Assembly (NCBI GenBank): GCA_040882345.1
Contig: JBBEBL010000263.1
Location: 2,264-53,624 of the forward strand
Origin: Chloroflexota bacterium
GTDB taxonomy: Bacteria > Chloroflexota > Limnocylindria > Limnocylindrales > CSP1-4
Reading direction: 5' to 3'
DNA: 51,361 bases
The notes below the pieces were generated by a model that saw nothing but the letters and a program-made list of their open reading frames with translations, searched no databases and had not been told where the DNA came from. Made by a program: the position numbers and the translations under genes. Below, piece after piece: positions 7,477-19,723 of this stretch; position 1 is the stretch's first letter; every line of letters starts with the position of its first letter.

Positions 7477-8822
7477 ACATGTCGGATGCCGTCACGGTCC
7501 AGCCGGCCGCGCGACTGCGCGGGTCGTTGAACCTGCCCGGCGACAAGTCCATCAGCCACCGAGCGCTCATGCTCGCCGCGCTGGCCGCCGGTGAGAGCCG
7601 GATCCACGGTGCCGGCGACGGGGCTGACGTCCGCTCCACGGCCGGGATCGTGCAGGCCCTCGGCGTGACCGTGGAGCGCGTCGCCGACGACGGTCGCCGG
7701 GTGGACTACCACGTCGCGTCGCCGGGCGCGGACGGCCTGGCGGAACCGGACCGGATCCTGGACTGCGGGAACTCCGGCACCAGCCTGCGCCTGATCACGG
7801 GGATGCTCGCCGGCCTGCCCATGACGTGTGTCCTGGACGGCGATGCGTCGTTGCGCCGCCGTCCGGTCGCTCGTATCATCGAGCCACTGCGTTCGATGGG
7901 CGCGGTGGTCCATGGTCGACGTCACGATTCCCTCCCACCCCTCACCGTGGTCGGCCACACCCCGCTCCGGGCGGTGGATGTCACGACACCCGTGCCGTCC
8001 GCGCAGGTCAAGTCGGCGATCCTGCTGGCGGGACTCCGGGCCGAGGGGACGACCACGGTCCGCGAGCGGGTCGCGACGCGCGATCACACGGAGCGGATGC
8101 TCCGGGCACGGGGGGTGCCGGTCACGCGTGAGGACGGGCCGGACGGGGCGACGGCATGGATGATGGAAGGAGGCAAGGCGGTGCAGGCGATCGACGAGCG
8201 CGTCCCGGGTGACGTGTCCGGCGCTGCCTTCTGGCTCGTGGCGGGCGCCATCCATGACGACGCCGAGCTCACGCTGCACGATGTCGGCGTGAACCCGACG
8301 CGACGGGCGATCATCGACCTCCTGCGCGCTATGGGCGCCGCCATCGACGAGGTCCCGGTTCCCGGCGCGAGCGCGACGGACGGCGTCGGCGAGCCGCGCG
8401 CGGAGCTGACCGTCCGTTCGTCCGACCTGCACGGCATCGACATCGGGCCGAGCGATGTGGCGGCGGCCATCGACGAGATCCCGATCCTGTGCCTGGCCGC
8501 GGCCAGGGCGACCGGCACGACGACGATCCGGGGTGCGGGCGAGCTGCGCCACAAGGAGTCGGATCGGATCGCGGGCATCATCGCCGGCCTGCGCGCGATG
8601 GGCGTCCAGATCACGGCCCACGATGACGACCTTCGCATCGAGGGCGGCGGGCGCGCTCCGCTCCGCGCGGCCACGACGGACAGCCACGACGACCACCGGC
8701 TGGCGATGACCTTCGCCATCGCCGGCCTCGTCGCCACCGGCCGGACCAGGGTCCTGCGACCCGAGTCGGTCGCGATCTCCTATCCCGGCTTCTTCGACGA
8801 TCTCCAGGGGGTTCGAGCATGA
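7473..8822 (+). CDS. aroA: 3-phosphoshikimate 1-carboxyvinyltransferase (EPSP synthase)
   Basis: [44 protein letters not shown]. The start is TTG at 7473 (overlapping the aroF stop) or ATG at 7479. Confidence 0.92.
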   Translation: MNMSDAVTVQPAARLRGSLNLPGDKSISHRALMLAALAAGESRIHGAGDGADVRSTAGIVQALGVTVERVADDGRRVDYHVASPGADGLAEPDRILDCGNSGTSLRLITGMLAGLPMTCVLDGDASLRRRPVARIIEPLRSMGAVVHGRRHDSLPPLTVVGHTPLRAVDVTTPVPSAQVKSAILLAGLRAEGTTTVRERVATRDHTERMLRARGVPVTREDGPDGATAWMMEGGKAVQAIDERVPGDVSGAAFWLVAGAIHDDAELTLHDVGVNPTRRAIIDLLRAMGAAIDEVPVPGASATDGVGEPRAELTVRSSDLHGIDIGPSDVAAAIDEIPILCLAAARATGTTTIRGAGELRHKESDRIAGIIAGLRAMGVQITAHDDDLRIEGGGRAPLRAATTDSHDDHRLAMTFAIAGLVATGRTRVLRPESVAISYPGFFDDLQGVRA

Positions 8823-9760
8823 CCAAGCGCGTCGTCCTCATCGGGCATCCGGTCGCCCACTCGCTGTCCGGCGCCATGCAGCAGGCGGCGTTCGATGACC
8901 GCGGGATCGACGCCCGCTACGAGCTGTGGGACCGCGCTCCGATCGCGCTGGCGGACGCGATCAAGGAGCTCCGCGGCGACTCGTTCCTGGGCGCGAACGT
9001 CACGATCCCCCACAAGGAGCGCGTCGTGCCGATGGTCGAGAAGCTGACCGAGGAGGCACAGGCCACCGGCGCTGTGAACACGATCACCCGTGAGGGTCGC
9101 CGGCTGGTGGGCCACAACACGGACGTCCCCGGGTTCAAGGTGGCCCTGGACCGGCTCGTCGGCAAGCAGAAGATGCCTCGCCAGGCGGTCGTGCTGGGGG
9201 CCGGCGGCGGCGCCCGGGCCGTGGTCTACGGCCTCATCACGGAGGGCTTCCAGCGGGTCATCGTCTTCAATCGCCACCTGCACCGCGCGGAGGGGCTGGT
9301 CAAGCACTTCGCCCGGAGTGCCAGCCACATGGAGCTGCGGGCGATGCCGTGGCACGAGTCGATCATCGAGTCGGAGCTTGCCCGGACCAAGGTGCTCATC
9401 AACGCGACGTCGATCGGGTTGACCTCCGAGGAGAGCCCGGTCCCCGCGGAGGTGCTGCACGGTGACTTGCTGGTCCTTGACCTGATCTACGCCCGGACCC
9501 GGCTCCTCCGCGACGCAGCGGCCGCCGGAGCATCCGGCGCGGACGGGGAGCTGATGCTCCTCCACCAGGGCGCGGCGGCGTTCACCCTGTGGACCGGACA
9601 GCCGGCACCCCTGGAGCTCATGCAGGCCAGCCTGGCCGAGGCACGGGCCGGCGGACTTCGGTCCGCTGAGGGTGAGCCGACCGGGCTCGCCGCGGACGCG
9701 CTGGCTGCGAGCGCAGCCGGGGCCGGCGACGGCGAATCGGCGGCGGCCGGGGCCGAGTGA
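8819..9760 (+). CDS. aroE: Shikimate dehydrogenase with an Ala/Gly-rich C-terminal tail
   Basis: IGHPVAHSLSGAMQQAAF..GANVTIPHKE..GAVNTI..GHNTDVPGF..VLGAGGGARAV. ATGA overlap with aroA. Confidence 0.9.
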   Translation: MTKRVVLIGHPVAHSLSGAMQQAAFDDRGIDARYELWDRAPIALADAIKELRGDSFLGANVTIPHKERVVPMVEKLTEEAQATGAVNTITREGRRLVGHNTDVPGFKVALDRLVGKQKMPRQAVVLGAGGGARAVVYGLITEGFQRVIVFNRHLHRAEGLVKHFARSASHMELRAMPWHESIIESELARTKVLINATSIGLTSEESPVPAEVLHGDLLVLDLIYARTRLLRDAAAAGASGADGELMLLHQGAAAFTLWTGQPAPLELMQASLAEARAGGLRSAEGEPTGLAADALAASAAGAGDGESAAAGAE

Positions 9761-11085
9761 CCGCGTTCCGTTTCCTCACGGCCGGGGAGTCGCACGGACC
9801 CGCCCTGGGCGCGACCGTGGAAGGCGTCCCGGCCGGCCTCCCCCTGGACGCCGACACCATCGCCGTGGATCTCGCCCGGCGACAGAAGGGCTACGGGCGC
9901 GGCGCCCGCCAGGCCATAGAACAGGACCGCGCGGAGATCCTGGGCGGTGTCCGGCACGGGCGGACGCTTGGCTCACCGATCCTCCTCCTGGTCCGCAACC
10001 GCGACTGGGAGAACTGGACCCAGGTCATGCAGGTCGAGCCCCTGGACGACGAGACCGCAGCTGGGCTGTTCGCCGCAGCCGAGGGCGGCAATAAGCGGGC
10101 GACGCCGGTCACACGGGTGCGCCCCGGGCACGCCGACCTCGCGGGTGCCCTCAAGTACGGATTCAACGACGTTCGCGACGTACTGGAGCGCGCCTCCGCG
10201 CGTGAGACCGCGGCGCGGGTCGCGGCCGGCGCGGTCGCTCGGGCGTACCTGCGCGAGCTCGGGATCGAGGTCTGGTCATTCACCGCGGAGGTCGGGGGCG
10301 TGGCGCTGGACCCGGAGCGCTCCACCCGCTCACGCGAGGAGGCCGACGCGTCCCCCCTGCGCTGTCCCGACGCCGAGGCGGAGGCCGCGATGATCGCCCG
10401 GATCGATGAGGCGCGCAGCCGCGGCGACACCGTGGGCGGCGTGTTCGAGGTCGTCGCCCACGGGCTGCCGGTCGGGCTCGGCTCGTACGTCCACTGGGAC
10501 CGGCGCCTTGATGCCGCCCTGGCCGCCGCGGTCATGAGCATCAACATCGTCAAGGGCGTGGAGTTCGGGCTCGGGTTCCAGCAGACGCGGCGGTTCGGGT
10601 CCGGTGTCCATGACGTGATCGAGGGCCGCACGGACGATGGCCGCTGGGTCCACCGCTCCAACAACGCCGGCGGCCTCACCGGTGGCGTCACGAACGGCGA
10701 GCCGCTCGTCGTCCGCGGTGCGGTCAAGCCCATCTCCACGCTCGCCCGCCCGCTCCCGTCCGCCGACCTCATCAGCGGCGAGGCGGTGGACAAGGCGCAC
10801 TACGAGCGCAGCGACATCAGCGTGGTCCCGGCGGCCGGCGTGGTCGGCGAGGCGATGGTCATGCTCACCCTCGCGGCATCCATCGCGGAGAAGTTCGGCG
10901 GCGACACGATGGACGACGTCCGCGCCGGCATGGCTGCCTACCAGGCGCGGATCGCCACCCCGCCGGCGGCGCCCGTGGCCGGCGGCGTGCGCGCCGCCAA
11001 TCCCCGATCGTCGGCTCCGCCCGTCCCAGCGCCAGCCCACGGCCTGTCCGGCACGGACGAGGCCGGGTCCGGCGGCGACGACTAG
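9757..11085 (+). CDS. aroC: Chorismate synthase with a Pro/Ala-rich C-terminal tail
   Basis: FRFLTAGESHGPALGATVEGVPAG..RPGHADLAG..SARETAARVAAGA..GDTVGGVFE. GTGA overlap with aroE. Confidence 0.92.
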   Translation: MTAFRFLTAGESHGPALGATVEGVPAGLPLDADTIAVDLARRQKGYGRGARQAIEQDRAEILGGVRHGRTLGSPILLLVRNRDWENWTQVMQVEPLDDETAAGLFAAAEGGNKRATPVTRVRPGHADLAGALKYGFNDVRDVLERASARETAARVAAGAVARAYLRELGIEVWSFTAEVGGVALDPERSTRSREEADASPLRCPDAEAEAAMIARIDEARSRGDTVGGVFEVVAHGLPVGLGSYVHWDRRLDAALAAAVMSINIVKGVEFGLGFQQTRRFGSGVHDVIEGRTDDGRWVHRSNNAGGLTGGVTNGEPLVVRGAVKPISTLARPLPSADLISGEAVDKAHYERSDISVVPAAGVVGEAMVMLTLAASIAEKFGGDTMDDVRAGMAAYQARIATPPAAPVAGGVRAANPRSSAPPVPAPAHGLSGTDEAGSGGDD

Positions 11086-11095
11086 GGGACCTGAG

Positions 11096-12754
11096 ATGGA
11101 CCTCGTCCTCGTCGGCCTGCCTGGCAGTGGCAAGAGCGTGGTCGGCAGGCGCGTCGCGCAACGTCACCGGGCGACGTTCATCGACCTCGACGAGGAGATC
11201 GAGCGGACCGACGGGCGCGCGATCCCGGACATCTTCGCCGACGACGGTGAGGCCGCATTCCGGACACTGGAGCGACAGATCGTCGCGGACCTGGGGTCTG
11301 CCGACGACGCCCCCGAGCTTCGCCGCGTCATCGCGACGGGGGGCGGCGCCGTCGTGGACCCGCGGAATCGCTGGCGCCTCTACCGCGGCCGCCAGACGGC
11401 GTGGCTGGACGGCCGCCCGGAGGTCCTCGCCCAGCGCCTGCGACGTTCGCCCCACGTGCGCCCGCTCGTGACCAGCCGCGATCCGATCGGGACCATCCGC
11501 GACCTCGCCGTCCGTCGCGATCGCTTCTACGCCGCCGCGGACCTGCGGGTGGCCGGCGTTCGTGACGTCGGCCAGGTCGTGGCGACGCTCGAGACGAGCC
11601 TGGTCGATCGCGAGGCGGATCCGACCGTGGCCGGGACCGTGCTCCTGCGGGCAAAGACCTCGCTCGGGCGCATCGTCATCGTGGATCACGGTGCCGCCCC
11701 GGAGGTGGACCGGGCTCTTCGACAGCTGGAGGCGCGCCGGGCCATCATCGTCTCTGAGCCGGGGGCCCATGCGGCCGCGGGCGCGCGGATCTCCGAGGCG
11801 CTGGTCGCGCTCGGGTGGGCCCTGGAGACCGTGCTGCTGCCGGAGGGCGAGTCGGCCAAGCGCATGGCCGTCATCGAGGCGGCCGCGAGCGACCTGGCGC
11901 GGCTCCGCGTGGAACGGGACGAGCCGATCGTGGCCATCGGCGGTGGCGCCCTTGGCGACGCCGCCGGCTTCCTGGCCGCCACGTACCTGCGCGGGATCCC
12001 GCTCATCCACATCCCCACGACGCTCGTCGCCCAGATCGACTCGTCCATCGGCGGGAAGACGGCCGTGGACCTGCCGGAGGGCAAGAACCTGATCGGAGCG
12101 TTCCACCAGCCCGCGGCCGTCGTCATGGACACGGCCGTCACCCGGTCGTTGCCAGAGCGCCAGCGGCGGGCGGCCCTGGGCGAAGCGGTCAAGATGGCCG
12201 CGCTCGGGGACGAGCGCCTGTTCGACCTGCTGGAGTCCCATGGCCCGGCCATCGCGCGCGGCGACGACGCGGCGTACGCGACCGGGGTCGTCGCCGAGCT
12301 GGTGGAGCGGAGTGCCTGGGCAAAGGTGGAGATCGTCATGGCGGATGAGCACGAACGATCGGGCGACGGTAGCGGGCGCATCAGCCTCAACCTGGGTCAC
12401 TCGCTGGGCCACGCGGTGGAGGCTGCGGCCGGCTACGGGGACCTGCTGCACGGTGAGGCCGTCGCCTATGGGCTCCGGGCCGCCGGACGGATCGGCGTGG
12501 CGCTGGGGGTGTCCCCGGCGGAGCGTACGGAGCGAATCGGCCGGTTGCTGGACGAGCTGGACCTGGCCCGGACTCCCCTCCCCTACGGCCTGGACACGGT
12601 GCTGGACCACCTGGCCGCGGACAAGAAGCACAGCGGCGGTCGACTGCGCTGGGTCCTGCCCACGGCCACGGGCGTCGAGGTCCGGGCCGACGTCCCAGAC
12701 GAGATCGTGCGCGAGGCCGCCGGCTCGCTGCTCGCCACGGGAGCGACTCGATGA
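11096..12754 (+). CDS. aroKB: Bifunctional shikimate kinase / 3-dehydroquinate synthase (AroK-AroB fusion)
   Basis: The N-terminus MDLVLVGLPGSGKSVVGRRVA..FIDLD..FRTLE is AroK (P-loop). From about residue 190, EGESAKRM..IGGGALGDAAGFLAATYLRGIPLIHIPTTLVAQIDSSIGGKTAV..NLGHSLGHAVE is AroB. It is a single frame. The track ORF's upstream part overlaps aroC in another frame. Confidence 0.9.
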   Translation: MDLVLVGLPGSGKSVVGRRVAQRHRATFIDLDEEIERTDGRAIPDIFADDGEAAFRTLERQIVADLGSADDAPELRRVIATGGGAVVDPRNRWRLYRGRQTAWLDGRPEVLAQRLRRSPHVRPLVTSRDPIGTIRDLAVRRDRFYAAADLRVAGVRDVGQVVATLETSLVDREADPTVAGTVLLRAKTSLGRIVIVDHGAAPEVDRALRQLEARRAIIVSEPGAHAAAGARISEALVALGWALETVLLPEGESAKRMAVIEAAASDLARLRVERDEPIVAIGGGALGDAAGFLAATYLRGIPLIHIPTTLVAQIDSSIGGKTAVDLPEGKNLIGAFHQPAAVVMDTAVTRSLPERQRRAALGEAVKMAALGDERLFDLLESHGPAIARGDDAAYATGVVAELVERSAWAKVEIVMADEHERSGDGSGRISLNLGHSLGHAVEAAAGYGDLLHGEAVAYGLRAAGRIGVALGVSPAERTERIGRLLDELDLARTPLPYGLDTVLDHLAADKKHSGGRLRWVLPTATGVEVRADVPDEIVREAAGSLLATGATR

Positions 12755-13191
12755 CGCACGTCCTCGTGCTGCAGGGGCCGAACCTCAACCTGCTGGGCAC
12801 CCGCGAGCCGGAGATCTACGGATACGAGTCACTGCAGGAGATCCATGCCGGGATCCAGGCACGGGCCGCCGAGCTGGGGCTGACCGTGGCCTTCTTCCAG
12901 TCGAACCACGAGGGCGCGCTCATCGACCGACTGCACGCGCGCGACTTTGATGTCGCCATCGTCAACGCCGGCGGCCTCACCCACACGAGCGTCTCACTGC
13001 GGGATGCCCTGTCCGCGGTGCAGAGACCGTTCGTGGAGGTCCACCTGTCCGACCCATCCCGGCGCGAGCCGTTCCGACAGGTCAACTTCCTCCACGACAT
13101 CGCCGTCGAGTCGATCGTCGGACAGGGGGCGCGGGGCTACCACCTGGCGCTCGAGGCCATCGCCCGTCGCTACGGTGGCGCCCGTGGCTGA
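12751..13191 (+). CDS. aroQ: Type II 3-dehydroquinate dehydratase
   Basis: VLVLQGPNLNLLGTREPEIYG..FQSNHEGALID..NAGGLTHTSVSLRDA..EVHLSDP. ATGA overlap with aroKB. Confidence 0.93.
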   Translation: MTHVLVLQGPNLNLLGTREPEIYGYESLQEIHAGIQARAAELGLTVAFFQSNHEGALIDRLHARDFDVAIVNAGGLTHTSVSLRDALSAVQRPFVEVHLSDPSRREPFRQVNFLHDIAVESIVGQGARGYHLALEAIARRYGGARG

Positions 13192-13537
13192 TCGTCGCCT
13201 GCCGGAGACCGCCGAACTGCGCCGGCTGCGGCGCCGCATCGATGCCCTGGATCGGCGGATCGTCGCGATGCTCAACGAACGGGCGTCCCTGGCCCGTGAG
13301 GCCGGTCGTGCCAAGAGCGTGGCGGGACGGCGGGCGATCCGCGACGCGGAGCGCGAGCGCGAGGTCCTGCTGCGGGTGTCGATGGCGAACGAGGGTCCCC
13401 TTCCCCAGGCCGATCTGCTGGCCCTGTATCGACGGCTCTTCACCGCGACGCGGGCGCTGGAGTCGCGCGACCGCGACCGAGCTCGCGATCGCGGTGCCGA
13501 CGACCCTGGCCCGGAGCGGGACGACGGGCGTTCCTGA
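13184..13537 (+). CDS. Chorismate mutase (AroQ class)
   Basis: LRRLRRRIDALDRRIVAMLNERASLAREAGRAK..RDAEREREVL..LYRRLF. The GTG start at 13184 overlaps the aroQ stop. The start is inferred. Confidence 0.75.
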   Translation: MADRRLPETAELRRLRRRIDALDRRIVAMLNERASLAREAGRAKSVAGRRAIRDAEREREVLLRVSMANEGPLPQADLLALYRRLFTATRALESRDRDRARDRGADDPGPERDDGRS

Positions 13538-14366
13538 CCCGGCGGCGCTGCCGGACGGCGCCCGGACCCGGTTCGCGCCGGCCCCCACCGGGTACCTGCA
13601 TCTGGGCCATGTCGCCAACGCCATCTGGACGTGGGGCGCCGCCCGGGCCGTGGGTGGCCAGGTCCTCCTGCGTATCGAGGATCACGATCGACAGCGCTGC
13701 CGGCCGAGATATGACGCGGCACTCCTGGAGGATCTCGCCTGGCTGGGGTTCACGGCCGATGCCGGCCCGGTGCGCCAGACGGATGGTGAGGCCCTGGTCG
13801 CCTACACGGCGGCCATGGACCTGCTCCGCACGGCCGACCTCGTGTACGGGTGCGACTGCACGCGATCCACGTTCACCGCCTGGTCGGCGGACCATGGGCG
13901 ACCGTGGGCGGGCCCCGGCTGTCCAGGTGGCTGTCGGGGGCGGCACCCGGATGGGCCGGTGCTACGGGCATCCCTGGGCGGCGGGACGGAGACGTGGATG
14001 GATGGCCTCGTCGGACCATGCTCCGGGGACGTGGCCGATCATGCTGGCGACCTGGCGATCAGGGACCGCAACGGCAACTGGACGTACGGCTGGTGCGTCG
14101 TCGTGGACGACCTGCGCCACGACATCGGGCTCGTGGTCCGCGGGCGGGACCTGCTGCACGCAACACCGGCCCAGATCTGCCTGGGCCGACTCTTGGGCCG
14201 GGAGGCGCCGCCGGCGTTCCTGCACCACGCCCTGGTCCGACGTCCTGACGGGACGAAGCTCTCCAAATCGGCCGGTGACACCGGCGTCCGTGAGCTGCGG
14301 GCGGCCGGGCACACCGCGCGCGAGATCCTCGCGATGGCGGCCCAGGCGACGGGCTGGACCGACTGA
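13494..14366 (+). CDS. gluQ: Glutamyl-Q tRNA(Asp) synthetase (truncated GluRS paralogue)
   Basis: RFAPAPTGYLHLGHV (HIGH), LLRIEDHD, YGCDCTR, WCVVVDD, VRGRDL and KLSKS. About 290 aa with no anticodon-binding domain. The start (GTG at 13494) is uncertain. Confidence 0.8.
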   Translation: MPTTLARSGTTGVPDPAALPDGARTRFAPAPTGYLHLGHVANAIWTWGAARAVGGQVLLRIEDHDRQRCRPRYDAALLEDLAWLGFTADAGPVRQTDGEALVAYTAAMDLLRTADLVYGCDCTRSTFTAWSADHGRPWAGPGCPGGCRGRHPDGPVLRASLGGGTETWMDGLVGPCSGDVADHAGDLAIRDRNGNWTYGWCVVVDDLRHDIGLVVRGRDLLHATPAQICLGRLLGREAPPAFLHHALVRRPDGTKLSKSAGDTGVRELRAAGHTAREILAMAAQATGWTD

Positions 14367-14380
14367 CTCGCGGATCCCTG

Positions 14381-15204
14381 TCAGGCCGGCGGTCGAGCGG
14401 TGGCGTCCGCAAGGTCGCGTACGAGGACGGCCAGCGCCTCCACGTCGCGGCCATCCGGCCCCAGCCGGTCCACGAGGGCCGACGCGACGATGACGCCGTC
14501 CGCGCCGGCGCTGGCGATGGCGCGGACGTGGGCCGGCGTGCTGACGCCAAAGCCGACGGCGACGGGGATCGGGGAGAGGGCCGTCACCTCGCGAACCAAC
14601 CGCGTGACGGTCCTCGGAAGGGATCTTCGCGCCCCGGTGACGCCGACCAGCGACACGCAGTACAGGAAGCCGCCGCTGCGGCGGGCGATCGCGGCGCGCC
14701 GGTCTGGCGGCGTGGTGGGCGTGACGAGGTAGACGACAGCGATCCCGGCCTCGCGGGCGACGGCCTCGAACGGCCCGCCCTCGTCCGGCGTGAGGTCGGC
14801 GACGATGATGCCGGCGGCACCGGCCCTCGCGAGTCGAGTGGCGACCGCGGCCCCGTCGCCGCCGCCGATGACCTGGTTCGCGTACGCCATCGGGACGAGC
14901 GGGAGGTCCGGGCGGGCCGCCCCGATGCGCTCGATCAGCTGGAGCGAGCCCTCCACGGTCGCGCCGGCCCGGAGGGCGATTTGCGAGGCGCGCTGGAGCG
15001 TGGCTCCGTCGGCCAGCGGGTCGGAGTACGGCAGTCCGACCTCCAGCAGGTCCGCGCCGGCGTCGGCGGCGGCGAGGGCGATCCGCAGGCTCGTCTCGGC
15101 ATCGGGATAGCCGGCGACGATGTACGGCACGAGCGCCGCCCGACCTTGCGCACGGGAGCGCCCGAATGCGGCGGCGATGCGGGCTGCCCCCGCCGTCGCG
15201 TTCG

Positions 15205-15208
<4 letters not shown>
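14381..15208 (-). CDS. trpA: Tryptophan synthase alpha chain
   Basis: ALVPYIVAGYPD..ADLLEVGLPYSDPLADG..YANQ..GFGVS. ATG at 15208 forms an ATGA overlap with the stop of the upstream trpCFB gene. An alternative ATG lies at 15223. Confidence 0.9.
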
Positions 15209-18029
<2,821 letters not shown>

Positions 18030-18033
<4 letters not shown>

Positions 18034-19058
18034 GCGCTCGCCTCGCTCGCACGACGCTCCGCGCGGAGCCGTTCCAGGAGCTCGGCCGTCAGACCGGCGT
18101 CGATGGTCAGCGCGGCCCGCTCGATGCCGTCCTCCAGGGACTCGACGACACCGGCGGCCAGGAACGCGGCACCGGCATTGAGGAGCACGACATCGCGGCG
18201 CGACCCCGGTTCGCCGCGCAGGACCGCCTCCACGTAGGCGGCATTGGTCGCGGCGTCACCACCCGCCAGCCGCGAGGTCGCGGTCGCCCGCAGGCCGAGC
18301 GCCACGGCGTCCACGAAGCGCTGCTCGACGCCGTCGTCCGTGACCTCGTACATCACCCCGGTGCCGTCCAGCGGGAGCTCGTCCACCCCGGCCCCGTGGA
18401 CCACCAGCGTCCGGTCCGTCCCGAGGCGATGGACGACCTCGGCGAACCGGCCCGCGGCGCGCGCGTCACCGACGCCCAGGAGCTGGCGCCTGGTACCGGC
18501 GGGGTTCGTGAGCGGACCCAGCAGGTTGAACGCGGTCCGCACCCCGATCTCGCGCCGGGTCGGCATCGCGTGGCGCATCGCCGGGTGGAAGTTCGGCGCG
18601 AACAGGAACGCGAACCCGTTGCCGCGCAGGGCGTCACCAGCGGACGCCGCATCGTGGTCGATGCGGATGCCGAGCGCGTCCAGCACGTCCGCCGAGCCCG
18701 ACTTCGAGGTGATCGCCCGGTTGCCGTGCTTCGCGACCGGCACACCGCCCGCGGCCACGACGAGGGCCGACGCGGTCGAGATGTTGAACGTGCCGCTGCC
18801 GTCGCCGCCGGTGCCCACGACGTCGATCGTGCCCTCCGGCGCCTCGACGCGAACCACCCGCTCGCGCATCGCGGTCGCGAATCCGGCCAGTTCGTCCACG
18901 GTCTCGCCGCGCATGCGCAGGCCCATGAGCAGGGCGGCGAGCTGGGCCGGGGTGGCCTCACCGTCCATCACGGCGCCCATCGCGAGGCGCGCGTCGTCCA
19001 GGGACAGCGTGCCGCCCTCGACGATCGTGGTCAGGGCGGCGCGGACGTGGTCGCTCAT
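18030..19058 (-). CDS. trpD: Anthranilate phosphoribosyltransferase
   Basis: [41 protein letters not shown]-like motif..NPAG. A 4-nt overlap at each end couples it to its neighbours. Confidence 0.92.
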
Positions 19059-19723
19059 CGGTCCGGGGCCTCGGCGAGGCCGGCGGTGGCGAACGAGCCG
19101 GTGGCGGCATCAAGGACGCCGGCCTCTCCCTCCCCGGCGAGGCGGAGGAAGTTGGCGAGCAGATGCGGGCCCTGCGGCGTCAGCACGCTCTCCGGATGGA
19201 ACTGCACGCCTTCCATCGGCAGGGCCACGTGCCGGATGCCCATGATCACCCGGTCCACCTCGCTCATGGCGGTCACGCGCAGCTCCGGCGGCAGCGTCGC
19301 CGGATCGATCGCCAGCGAGTGGTAGCGCGCGGCCATGAACGCGGTCGGCATCCCTTCCAGCAGGCCGCTCCCGTCGTGGGTCACCTCCGACGCCTGGCCG
19401 TGGACGAGGGTCGGAGCGCGGACGATGGACGCGCCGAACGCCGCGGCCATCGACTGCATCCCGAGGCAGACACCGAGCAGCGGGATCTCGCGCTCGGCCG
19501 CGACCTGGATGGTGGCCACGCTGACGCCCGCGTCGTCCGGGTCGCCCGGGCCCGGCGAGATGACGATGCCGCGCAGGTCGGTCGCCGGGTCGTCCGCCAG
19601 GGCCTCGACGCCGGCCCGGTCGATCGCGTCGTTGCGCACCACGCGCACGTCGGCTCCGGCGGCCTGCAGGGCCTGCACGAGGTTGAACGTGAAGCTGTCG
19701 TAGTTGTCGACCACGAGGATCAT
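19055..19723 (-). CDS. trpG: Anthranilate synthase component II (glutamine amidotransferase)
   Basis: MILVVDNYDSFTFNLVQ..ISPGPGDP..LLGVCLGMQS..GVQFHPES. This is a class I GATase triad. Confidence 0.92.
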   Translation of the reverse strand: MILVVDNYDSFTFNLVQALQAAGADVRVVRNDAIDRAGVEALADDPATDLRGIVISPGPGDPDDAGVSVATIQVAAEREIPLLGVCLGMQSMAAAFGASIVRAPTLVHGQASEVTHDGSGLLEGMPTAFMAARYHSLAIDPATLPPELRVTAMSEVDRVIMGIRHVALPMEGVQFHPESVLTPQGPHLLANFLRLAGEGEAGVLDAATGSFATAGLAEAPDR

